Shown here: piece by piece, positions 52,365 through 64,000 of the stretch
Layout: every line of letters begins with the position of its first letter
Numbering within the stretch: position 1 is the stretch's first letter
Origin: Mobula hypostoma
Taxonomy: Eukaryota
Assembly (NCBI RefSeq): GCF_963921235.1
Contig: NC_086106.1
Location: 23,808,001-23,872,000 of the forward strand
Length of the DNA: 64,000 nucleotides
Direction: 5' to 3'
Program-made: the position numbers and the translations under genes
Notes under the pieces: model-generated
What the model saw: only the letters and a program-made list of their open reading frames with translations
Told to the model about the DNA's origin: nothing
The model's database searches: none

Positions 52365-52543
52365 TAAACAAAGAAGTAGTGATGTATTGCAACGATTCAG
52401 TTGATTGGGGGTGTTGGAAAAGCAAGGAGCTTTGTGCTGATTGGATGCGACCAATAATATAAGAGTACACACCTTCCGAATTTCTAATTAAAACTTCCTT
52501 AACAATAAGATTATTTCAGTTCCAAGTCACAGGCTGTGCAGAC

Positions 52544-53405
52544 ATGCTGTCCAAATTTATATATACGTTACTTATTGCAGCAGCGTTCCTGGCGGGTAAG
52601 TTTCTGGAGTTTCGAACATTGTGATTCTCATGAGTGCAGAGAAGGATGATTTATTAGTCAATACCCGGAATCCAATACTAACAAAAACGGGGAAATATGT
52701 CCCAGTTCTCCTGTAACTGACGTTAAAATGTTTGAGGGGAGATTCCAGGTCAAACACAGTTGAGCCCATTGCTGCCTCCAATGGTGAAATGTAACTTTTT
52801 TTATTTTGCTTCTCACCCACCCCCCCCCCACAAACCCGCGGGACATATAATGGAAAACTGTGAATACTGACAGAAGACATTTGAAGAATTTTTTTCCATG
52901 CTTTTGATCTCTTCTTTAAAATAAAAGATTCATTTTTCTATGGAACCATCCCAGAAATCTCTACAGAACGAATATTTCGATCCGACAACCTTCGAGCCCG
53001 AATTCAGGTCAGTCCCAGAGGTCATGGTGCTGCCAGATAGAGATGGTCTGCGCACAGCAGGATGCTGTTGTTTAATTGAAATATCTTTCGGATTCTTTCA
53101 GGCCATTGTCGAGGTGATGCCGTTTTTCAGACGCCTACATCCGCAGTAACTGAAGGCGGTGAAGCATCGTTGAACTGTAACTATAATACTACAAGCATTG
53201 GCGAATTTTCAATACAATGGTACCGTCAGTATCCCGGCGGAACTCTGGAGCACCTGTTGCTCCGGACGAAATACGACGCTAACCCAAAGAAGATCGTAGG
53301 ACAACGCTTCGCAGCACAGCTGGATGATTCGAGGAAAACGGTCCCACTTACTGTGTCTGAAGCGCAGCTAGGAGACGAGGCTCTGTACTTCTGCGCGCTG
53401 AGACC
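52544..53405 (+). CDS. TRAV/DV: TCR V gene V4 (alpha/delta type): leader 52544-52595, intron 506 nt, V exon 53102-53405
   Basis: Leader MLSKFIYTLLIAAAFLA G|gtaagt and acceptor ttcag. Exon DAVFQTP..LNC..WYRQYPG..RF..DEALYFCALR is open and followed by a 23-RSS. Confidence 0.92.
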
Positions 53406-53444
53406 CACAACGACACAAACTTAACCTGCGTCTGTACAAAAAAC
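53406..53444 (+). other. 23-RSS of V4: CACAACG-23 nt-ACAAAAAAC
   Basis: Heptamer 53406-53412, spacer 53413-53435, nonamer 53436-53444. Confidence 0.82.
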
Positions 53445-55252
53445 TGCTTGATCTCCCTGAAGCCATCTGTGTGTAAACGCGATTCTGTCTGCAACTGCAA
53501 CTACTAGCTGATCTCTGCAATTAATGCAATAACAATATATTACATACCAGTATTATTCAATCTTAAATATTCTGGTCAAATCCGATTGAACAGTTGTGTA
53601 CTGGATCTGCTCTCGTGCCCATTCGAAAATATAATTCAAGAGCAGTTATGTACACAGAATCCCTTGTTGTTTTACCAGTTTCTTGTATTAACTATTATCT
53701 GCTGTAGTGTGGACGATGCAGGTGGAACGATAAATCAGCCTAAATGGTGTGGCAATTATGACAGGAAATGCATCGACTTCGAATTGGTGAACAGATGATT
53801 GCTTGTTTGTTTGTTTGTTGGTTGTTTTTTTTTATAAACAGTAAACTTTTGAACAAACATTCCTGTTCCCTTCCACGGACACTGAATAGTAAAAAGAAAA
53901 GAAAAGAAAAGAAAACAACGAACATTCAAAATATGCACTTCCTTAAAATCGCCCGCCGAGTATACATTTGTTCGACACGGTGGATTTAACATATGGAATA
54001 AAACGTTGAACTTAAGTGGGTCGTAGACTCTGTAAGCACACAGGCTAGCTCCTGGACTGGAGATAATTTCCAGATAAGATTTTTTTTTCTGAGATGTTCT
54101 TTGATATAATTTAATAGGTGGGTGTGTCAATGTTAGTATTGGTGCCTGTCTTAAGTGATTCGAAATGGTTACTGATGAGAACGTAGAGTAATAAATTATC
54201 GACTACCACTTAGCATCAGCAGTGAAACCTCTGTTCCACCGGGTAACAAGATGACAAATGGAGAACAATGAACTCGTATTATTTGACAGTTCGCGATATT
54301 CCTGTCATGTCTCGACATGTCAGTGGCTCTGTACGTCTTTGAGATATTTCCTAAGCAGTCTGAGCAGGGAAGTGCGAAACCAGTTGGAACATTGATCACT
54401 TTATTGTAGACAAATGCAGAAAAACACAATAGAGAACTAATGAGAGCAGGTCATATTTTTAAACTGACAGGGCGCAGACGACGCAAGATTCTGATTGTTC
54501 TTTTGTTCTGAGTTATGAGTTTTGACGTAGCTCAAGACAGTTTGCTTTCAATCTAGAAACCAAATTGCAGTAGTTGCATTTTCAGAGCCACACGAATGAA
54601 GCAATAATCAAATATTGTGCCTTGTGTTCCCTTCAGTCCAATAAGGAAGTGTACATCTTATCATTGGTCCAACAATTTACTTGTACGGCATTGTAAACCA
54701 AGCATGGGAATTTCCGTTGAAAAGCCAGGTTAGTCTTAACTATAGAATCACAAAATATTGCATATGCATTAGTCTGTCCTATCTGTTGAGGCAAGTTCGC
54801 ACGCGCCAATGAGATACACGTTCATTTTTTTTTTTGCATGACAATATTGCGATACATGCAATCAGATTAGCAATGAAACATTCTCAAGCATATGTCAACA
54901 TTTCGTCAGCTCCCTTTGCTATGCAAAAGGACAAAGTGGGAATGATGCTTTGGCATGTTGTTAGATAATATGAGCGACAGCTTACTGTTCATTGTTAACC
55001 ATTGCTTGAAACAGTACATTGAACGTACGCCGATCTAAACTTTCAGTTTTGTTTTGCATTTCCAGCTGGTATCCATCGGGATTACGCCCTCTGATAAAGC
55101 ACCTTTCAACAAAGTTTTGGCACTCACTCGTTCAGATCACTGGACCCGTTACACTCATAGAGTGAGGTTCGTTGCACTGCGTTGAATTCTTTGCTGTCAT
55201 TGATGCCTACGTGTGTCGCTTCCTGACATCAAGTGGTAGTAAAGAAGGTATT

Positions 55253-56613
55253 TGTCATGGTCCGGTCCGTAAAGTCCGCGTTCCTGTTCTCGGTCAGGTC
55301 CGTGGACACGGGACTCCAGATCTTCCGGTTGTCCCTCGCTTCAGCTGGGCTTAATCATAGGTACATGATGCTCGACTTGCGGCTTGGAATATACGTGGCC
55401 CTGGGTCGAGTGTGGTCGCTGATTCATTTCGACAGTATCCCGTCCTCGTCTCTGCAGGGTAAGTCAGGCTGTCTTTATCGTTACCCTGCGATTGTATCTC
55501 TTCCTTCCCGTCATTGCCTCCGTAGTGTAAGCCAGGTACTCTTTGTCTTTACCCTGAAGCTGGACTGTTCCCTTCCCTCCCCCTGCCTTCTGAAGCCTTT
55601 CCTGCAACCCGTATCTGGAGCCCTGACAGCAATCTGGTCAATTTCAACCACCGGAGCGAGACCGGAGCCTTGTTCTATCAAGAAAAGGAACTAACTGTCT
55701 GGCCGTCTGCCGCTACCTAGTTTTCAGAACTGTTTCTGTGTCCACGCCTTCGCTACGTAGTTCATGGGGTTTGCCGCAACCTAGTGTGGGGAACCATCGG
55801 GTCGTGTCTGCATTCTGTGTAGACCTCCGGCCCCATGTCCTCTTCCTAAGATGGGTTCCCAGCTCTGTGTTCCATGCACCTGTGTTCCTTTCTCTCAAGT
55901 CCAAGGCTCCGTGCTGCCGTGCTCAAGAACAAGGCTCCGTTTTCTGCGTTCCTGTCGTCCCAAGTCCAAGGTTCCGGGATTACTGTCTTCCCAAGTCCAA
56001 GGCTCTGCTGTTCCTGAGTACCAAGTCAAGGCCTTATGTTTTCGTCCTGTCCATTTGCCTCATTCTGTCCATGTGTCTCGTCCTGTCCTGGAGTTCCCTC
56101 GTCCTGCCCAGGTGTCTCTCGTAGTGTCCTGTAGCCTCGCCTAGTCCTGTCTCCTAAGACCACGTCATCCCTTCGCTAGTTCCGGAGTCCGAGCACTAGT
56201 CAAAACCTAGGTTATTGGTCCTTGTCCTGTCTCTGGCTCGGAGTCCGAACACAAGCCTCGTCATGTCCTCGCCTCGAAGATCCCAGGCCATGACGAAACC
56301 AGGCCATGAGAAACCGCAGCCATGAAACAAAATAATCAAACTATGTCCATTTCTATAGCTACATCATGTCCTCGCCTAGTTCCAGTGTCCGAGCCAGATT
56401 CAAGTCCCAGGTTCTGGGCCCATATACAGTATTTGGCTCGTGTTCAAAGCCCAGGCTCCTACTTCCCAGTTCCTTGTCCTGGTCCCGCTTGCCCAGACAA
56501 TGTCCAAGCTCAAGTTAATGTTCTTGTCCCAGTTCTCTAGTCAAGTCCTCTTCCTAGTACTTCAGTGTCTGTGCCTTGCATTTGGGCCCGGTCCCAGCTT
56601 CCCCGCTATGAAA
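55253..56613 (+). mobile_element. Solo LTR (1361 bp) with 5-bp TSD GTATT
   Basis: Starts TGTCATGG and ends ...TATGAAA (probably mutated from TGACA). GTATT at 55248-55252 and 56614-56618. Internal short tandem repeats and no coding domains. Confidence 0.8.
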
Positions 56614-57090
56614 GTATTAATCCTCGACAGACTTCAGGCCGCTGCTAGTATTATGAAAACATGAAAAAAAAACAGTAGAACTATGTTATATCACGACACT
56701 TTATTATTTCACGTCTCAATAAACCTCCCATTAACAACCGAGGCTGCTGAATGTGCGAGGAATAAGAATATTAATGTGATTACAACATTTTTTAGAATTT
56801 TGTTTTGTTAGTATTGCAGTGCGAAGACAGCGAAGTGCAGGCACTTCAGCTTTACAACACTGGAAATCAGATAGCTGTTTAGTAACGTAATTGAAATATC
56901 CATGGTTGGAGTACAATGAATCTACATAAATATTTCATAAGACTGTTATATACAACGTGACAGCGACTCTGAAATGTATATCTACCAAGAGCGTCGAATT
57001 TAACAAATCCACCGACACGTGGTTATATTGTGGCAGGAAGAAAGCACTAACAGCTGGGATATGACGTCTCTGCATAAAGGGATTCACAGG

Positions 57091-60000
57091 GCTGAGTGCA
57101 AGCGACTTGCTGCTTAATCGCGAAGCCATCGCACACATTGTCGGAACATCTAATGATTTCTCTTTTTCAATGTAGTGTTATCGTGCAGTGTGCTGTAACC
57201 CTGACTAAGCTCCACGTTAAACCGGAACCAGTGAGGACAGAATCGTGGTAAGGTTAACCATTTACTGTTCCACATTAGCGTTCCATGGTGAAAATACAAA
57301 TATATACAGCTTCTGTTTTATTCTGGAGACGACGTGCGCTCTGTTCTTTTAGCGACTGTATCCAGCCGCCCCAAGTAGAGAGTAAAGGGGGTCCCGTCAA
57401 ATTACCGCCGGGCCCGAGCCCACCCCACGTTGTTTCTTTGTGGGTAGACATGGAGTCTTCACGATAATGCCGCAAGCATTGATCTCACCGTAACACCTTC
57501 CCGAACCAGAGGTTACACAGAAGACGCGGCGAAACCGGGGGTGACGTTATCACATGCCGCATTACCACAGAAAATGAATTTACCTTTGTTATACTGTAAC
57601 TACATTATCAACCTTTACCTTCAACTAGAAAATAGTTACAAACAAATCATTTAAAGCATAGACCCAACAAAGTCAAATTAATGCCTTAAGGACAACACGC
57701 ATACCGCCTGACCTTTGTAAGGTCACTATAAACATGGCATAGAAGTTTAGTCTCCAGGTCAGTCTTTAGGTAGAAGTAGAACAACCTCTGTAACTGGTCT
57801 CAGGTTTCCTTTTCAGTGTTACTTGTAAAGATGTGAACCGGTTGACTGCCGGCTCTTTGTTGTTTGGGAAGCGCTGGCATGGTTCTCTGAACGGTAGTGG
57901 GACGACCTTGTTGTTCGCTTCGTCTCTAGTGTTCTTTGTGTTCATTCTTTTGAGGAGATGGCGTTTTCCACAGATGGAACAAGTTTATTGTCGTGCTTAG
58001 TATGAGCAAAGACTGACTGTCCCAGTGTCTTCTCAGTTACTGTACTATGCTCGTGCCTTTGTTGTGCTTCCTTGATACACTTAACACTTCTATAAGGCTG
58101 AGAAATTGAATGGCGACCACTTTCTAGCACGTTAATCTTGAGCTTGTTAACTGTCGGTTTGTGTACGTTTCAGGGCACACCGCTCGTATCACCACCCAGC
58201 CCAGATCCAGGCGTCCGGCGAAAGGGCCGTTGTGTGGTTCACTAACCTGATGCCTGACTTTGTGCATCCTAAGTACGTCTCTTCCGAGTAACAAGGGTAT
58301 TTCTGTTTCCAGATCCAGTTCTAGGATGTCCTTGACAATGTGGTGGAGATGGGGCTGGTACAGAACTGCGCTTGGTATCAGAATCTCGGATTGGTTATTT
58401 AAGACTGGATTATATTCTAAGCTTGTGGGGAGAATGATGACGACCTTAAAATCCAGCGACACGAGCTGGAAACGTTCTGCCTTCCTGCCATATGTTTCTG
58501 CGATAACAGAACAAGTTCTGACGTAGAATGGGAATGCATTACCCTTTACGCTGAACAACTCGAAGAATTCTGTTCTCACTAGTGAGCGGTTGCTCTGGTT
58601 GTCCAAAATTGCATAGTCTTTGATGGCCTTGTTTTTTGCTCCATTAGGGTTTAACTTAGTTCGGCAGATCTTTAAGCACGAAAGGCTCGAACGACCCGAA
58701 CGACCTGGACTGCAAACTTCTGTGCAGCTCGAGCTGACAATAATTGTAACAGAGTGATGCTCTCGTTCCCCGACATCGTCTTGTGGGAACGGAGGAGCCT
58801 TGGCAGTTCCGGGTGACGGGCAGGGATGCCTGGCTCCATCGTGATTAGTGCTTTACATTCCGAGCACTTTACAGGGAACGTGCACTCTTTAGCGAGGTGG
58901 GATGTAGAGGAACAACACTTAAAACATTTTTTTTTCCTTGAGAAAGGCCTTTATTTCGTAAAGGGTTTGTTTTGGAACATTCTGCATTTTTGATGGGGTG
59001 GGGTTTGTTGTGCAATGGAAAATTTTTACTAGGCTCATCGTTGTTTGCAGAGACTTCGGTTTTATGCACTGAGACTGGTTTATTGATGACAACATTGTTC
59101 GAAATGGGTTTGACTAGGTTGTTGTGCATTGGGGTGCTGCCTTGATTCATGAAGCCCGGGTCGTTTCGACTCTTCGCCTCCTTGCATACAAACCTACCAA
59201 AATACTCAAAGAGAGGAAATCGACCACCATTCTCTTCCGTGTAATCTGAGACAATAGACACCCGCCTTTCCTGCAGCCCAAATGGAAGGTTGTCCACAAT
59301 TGCTCCAACTCTCTGTGAGGTATCCAGATACCAAAAGTCACTTAAATAGCCGTCTTCATTAGCACCTTCTATCTCCATCAGTGAATCTCCGAGTTCTCGT
59401 ATTTAGTGTGGTCCTTGGCTAACACCTAGGAAAATGTTCCAGCCGTTCAAATATCGCCCTCTCAATAATTTCGGGGTCCGCATACCACCCCCGCAATCTC
59501 TCCCATGCTCTCTGTAATGCCAGCTTGCGGTTGCTGACGTACACTGAGCGCATGCATTTCACCAGTTCAATTGATTCCTTTCCAGCCATTTAGTCATAAG
59601 GTCCAACTTTTGGGTTGCTGTGACCTCCACTCCGCCGGTGCACTGGTGAAAGAGGAATACCACGCATGGTAATTTTCTGGCTTATCGTCAAATGGTACAG
59701 TCCTCAATTGACGGGGTCTCGTCGAGCTAGGTACTGTACCAAGGGTTCTGCTGTAGGTGGCGTGACAGCTGGGGGAATATGTTAGGTAACATATGACTAA
59801 GCGTGTACGTTCGTGATGGGATCTGATGTGTTGACGAAAGCCTTTGTCTCTGATCTAGCCGGATCTTCGAGATTTGTTTTCAGTTGTTTTCCCCAGATGT
59901 AAGCGATGCAACGAAGCTTCCTTGTGATTTTACATGAGATGGGACGACAACAGGCAAGTATGGAGAGCGAGAATGAATCTGCAGGTCAATTTGAGATTGG

Positions 60001-62024
60001 ACATATTCGTTGGTGCGTTCCAATTATTCCCTTTCCGACATAGATTTTACTGCTTCGTCTAGAACGTGCATTTCTTCAGCGTTTTCCAACACGTGTGCGT
60101 CCACCGTGGCCGCATCAGCTTCTCGTTGTAGCGGCAGCACCTCTAACTCTGTATCTATCGTTGCCTTTACCAACTGGTTTTCCGCTTCTCCGGCAGGTTT
60201 TTCCATTTTCAGTTTTGCTTCTTTGTTTCTGTTAGACGTTCGCACCTTGGCGGCTTCTGCTTTAGCTCTTGCTAGGACAGCCACTCTTGTCGACGTCCTA
60301 CTGCTCTTGGCGCTTAATGCAAGCGACCTGATGCTTAAACGCGAAACCATCGTACCAATTGTCGAAATATCTAATTATTTCGCTTTTTCGATGTAGTGTT
60401 GTCTTGCAGTGTGTGGAAACTCTGACTAAACACCAGGTTAAACCGGAGCCAATGAAGACAGAGTCGTGGTAACGTTAATTATATATTGTTCGCTCTTCAG
60501 ATTAACATTGTATAGTAAAAATAGAAACATATGCAGCGTCTGTCTTATTCTGGAGACCACGCGCGCTCTCTTCTTTTAGCGAGTGTATCCAGCCGCCCCG
60601 AGTAGCGAGCGAAGGAGGTCCCGTCAAACCACCGCCGGGCCCAAGCCCACCCCGCGTTTAAAATTGAAAAGCCGACACGCGACCCACCCGAATCGCCGTC
60701 CCCAAATAGAATCCGCGTTAATATTTTTACTTCAAATACTTTCATAGGAACCTGCGGCATTGCTTCTATAATGTTTCTTTGTCGGTCAAAACGCAGCTCT
60801 TCGCCATCATGCTGTAAGCATGGCACACACCTTAACATCTTCCCAAACCGGAGGTTACAGATAAGACGCGGCGAAACCGGATGTGACGTCATCACATACC
60901 GCGATATACCATAGACAGTGAATTTTCCTTTGTTATATTGTAACTTATTTATCAACCTTTAACTTTAACTCGAAAATGGTTACAAACAAATAATTTAAAG
61001 CATCGACCCAGCATTGTCAAATAAATGCCTTCAGGGCAACACACTCCCCGCCTGATCTTTGTAAGGTACTATAAACATTGTATAGAACTTTAGCCTGTAG
61101 ATCAGTCTTTGGGTAGAAGTAGAACAACCTCTGTAACTGGTCTCAGGTTTCCCTTTCAGGGTTAGTTGTAAAGATGTGAACCTGTTGACTGCCGGCTCTT
61201 TGTTGTTTGGGGAGCGCTGGCATGGTTCTCTGAACGGTGGTGGGACGACCTTGTTGTGCGCTTCGTCTCTCGTGTTCTTTGTGTTCATTCCTTTTGAGGA
61301 GATGGCGTTTACCACAGATGGAACAAATTTATTATCGTGCTTAGTGTGAGCGAAGACTGACTGTCCCAGTGTCTTCTGAGTTACTGTACTATGCTCGTGA
61401 CTTTGTTGTGCTTCCTTGATACACGGAACACCTGTGGAAGGCTGAACATTGAATGGCGACCACTTTCTAGCACGTTAATCTTAAGCGTGTTAACTGTCGG
61501 TTTGTGTACGTTGCCAGGCCACACCGCTTGTATCACCACCCAGCCCAGATCCAGACGTTGGGCGAACGGGGCGTTGTATGGTTCACTGACATTGTCCATC
61601 CTAAGTACGTCTCTTCCGAGTAACAGGAGTATTTCTGCTTCCAGATCCAGTTCTAGGCTGTCCCTGGCAATGTGGTGGAGATGGGGCTGGTATAGCACTG
61701 CGCTTGGTATCGGAATCTCGGATTGGTCATTTAACATCTGATTACACTCTAAGATTGGGTAGAGACTGATCACGACTTTGCCATCCAGCGACTCGAGCTG
61801 GAAGCCTTCTGCCTTCCTGCCATATGTTTCTGCGATACCAGAGCAAGTACTGAAGTAGAATGGGAATGGAATACCGTTTACGCTGAACAATTCGAAGAAC
61901 TCTGATCTCTGTAGTGAGCGGTTCCTATGGTCGTCCAGAATTGCATAGGCTTTGATGGCCTTGTCTTTGCCTCACCTGGGGTATACCTTACTGAGGCAGA
62001 TCTTTATGCACGAAAACTAACCTT
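57091..62024 (-). mobile_element. Tandem chain of internally deleted BEL/Pao LTR retrotransposon units
   Basis: LTRs at 57171-57604 (TGTAG...CTACA) and 60392-60948, each with a purine-rich tract upstream on the minus strand. Gag start 60350; gag domain 58869-59378; protease (DNQSNRSL..LLLGRD..DLGWV) at 58124-58606 and 61381-61890; terminal RPVTEVVLLLPKD. No RT core, RNaseH or integrase. Confidence 0.85.
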
Positions 62025-62038
62025 CCAGTATTTTATAC

Positions 62039-64000
62039 TGTGCCCTGAAAGACCAACAACCCTAACCTGGAGTGTAACAGCCAATGAGCTGATCTCCCAC
62101 TTAATGTTAAACAGTATCTCTGATGTATGTTCACCCGCTTTACATTCTGAACGATTAATCCAATGCAACAGTTCAAGGAAAAGTCCATCCGTACTATTGT
62201 GAGAAAGGCTATCAATCAAAACATCATTCCTTCGTATAGCCCTGTTATCGACCAGCATGGGCGATGTGTTTATTCATACACTATTTTGGCATACATACGG
62301 CACCAGGTATACACCGCACAACCCTGTGTAAAAAATTGCTTAGCCTGGGAACTGCATTGGCAATAAGACTCATACAGCTTTTAGCAATTATCAAGCCTCT
62401 GAACATAATTTGCAATAGTCACAGTTAACCCAGTATAATGTTCCTGCTCACACTTGCCATCAATCATGCAACTGCTCGCTCTAATCACCATACCATCAAA
62501 ACTCTGACAAGTGGGAATTCTCTTTATTAGTCAGACAATTCCAATTATACAAATGGTTTACTGGGAAAATACAACATATCAAAACGCTCAACTCCCTTAA
62601 GACTGGTTTAGTAAGTTTGAGATTTGCAGAAAGAGGCTATTTTCACCTCAGCTCCCGCAAAACAGAATAACGAAACACGAAAAGACAGATAACGTTGCAC
62701 CAACAATCACAAAGTGATCGATATAAGTGGCAAATGTTGGTATGTAGTATGGAATCTTCCTACAAATTCAACAATCTGACCTATTGCTCCACAGTGCAAA
62801 TTCCATTGCCTTCCACAGGAATACATAACAGTATCATCAACCGCATATCGTCGTTCATAGAAACATAGAAAACCTACAGCACAATACAAGCCCTTCAGCC
62901 CACAAAGTTTTGCTGAACATGTCCTGACATTAGAAGTTACCAGGGTTACCCAGAGCACTCTACTTTTTCTAAGCGAACAATAAACTAACCAAAAGTCTCT
63001 GATAAGACCCAATAGTATTCAGTTCCACCACCGTTGCCGGCAGCCCATTCTGCGCAGTGACCACTCTCTGCGAAAAAAAAACTTACCCCTAACACATCCT
63101 TTGTACCTACTCCCCAGCACCTTAAATTATGCCCTCTTGTGGCAGCCATTTCAGACCTGGGAAAATCCCTCTGACTATCCACGCGATCAATGCCTCCTAT
63201 CATCTTATACAACTCTATTAGGTGACCTGTCATCCTCCGACGCTCCAACGAGAAACGGCCGATTTCACTGACCCTGTTTTCATAAGGCGTGCGCCCCAAT
63301 CCCGGCAACATCCTTGTAAATCTCCTCTGCACCCTTTCTATGCTTTCCACATTCTTCCTGCAGTGAGGCGACCAGACTGAGCACAGCACTCCATGTGGAG
63401 TCGGACCAGCTTCCTATGCAGCTGCCATATTATCACTTGGTTCATAAATTTAATACCGTGGTACATGAAGGTCAATACACCGGATGCCTTCTTAACCACA
63501 GAGTCAACCTGCGCAGCTGCTTTGAGCGTCCTATTGACTCAGACCCCAAGATCCTACTGATCCTCCACACTGCCAAGAGTTTTACCATTAATACTATAGT
63601 CGGCCATCATACTTGACCTACCAAAATGAGTCACTTCATATTTATCTGGGTTGAACTCCATCTTCCACTTCTCAGCCCAGTTTTACATCCTGTCAATGTC
63701 CCGCTGTAACTAACCTCTGACAGCCTTCCACACTATCCACATCACTCCCAACTTAGGTGTTATCAGCACTTTGAAATTCTGCAATGTAGGGGACACAAAT
63801 GCACTCGTTCCTGATTAGTCGGTGGAAATACAGAAAAGAAACACAAAAAAATTGAACTACGACAATTACTTTCCAAATGTTCAGTTGCCACTAAATGTGG
63901 TCATATGTGCTTAAATAGAGGAAGAAGAGAGCAAGAGTCTTCCACGTGCCATGTTATAAACCCACTATTTTTGAAACGTATCCTTTCGGAAAATTGTGGT
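62039..64000 (+). repeat. Segmental duplication copy 2 (runs off the window)
   Basis: Matches 48262-50249 at an offset of ~13.8 kb. Confidence 0.93.
62856..63768 (-). mobile_element. Old CR1 3' fragment, paralogue of 49078-50003
   Basis: Same tail and same 5' truncation point (…tcagcactttgaaattctg). Confidence 0.9.

Overview
Vertebrate genomic DNA, very likely from a cartilaginous fish (inferred from the CR1/Rex1/Penelope/RTE repeat mix and the V-gene types), with four short assembly gaps. The window is part of a T-cell receptor V-segment cluster of alpha/delta type. It holds four apparently functional V genes, each with a leader exon, a phase-1 intron, an open V exon and a 23-bp-spacer RSS. 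They fall into two families: V1/V2 at 12.5 and 22.5 kb, and V3/V4 at 46 and 52.5 kb. V1 is inverted relative to the other three. I found no convincing D, J or C segments. Most of the rest is retroelements: many CR1 LINEs (one young copy with an uninterrupted 999-codon ORF2, nested inside a sister copy), an RTE LINE bracketed by a ~190-bp direct repeat, Rex1/Babar, Penelope and Gypsy remnants, two related solo-LTR-like elements, and a tandem chain of internally deleted BEL/Pao units sharing LTRs. Local segmental duplications (V cassettes; 48.3-50.2 kb versus 62.0-64.0 kb) record expansion of the cluster. I see no evidence for a wholly new biological system; the most notable signals are the locus architecture and unusual retroelement junctions. 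All alignments were done by eye.
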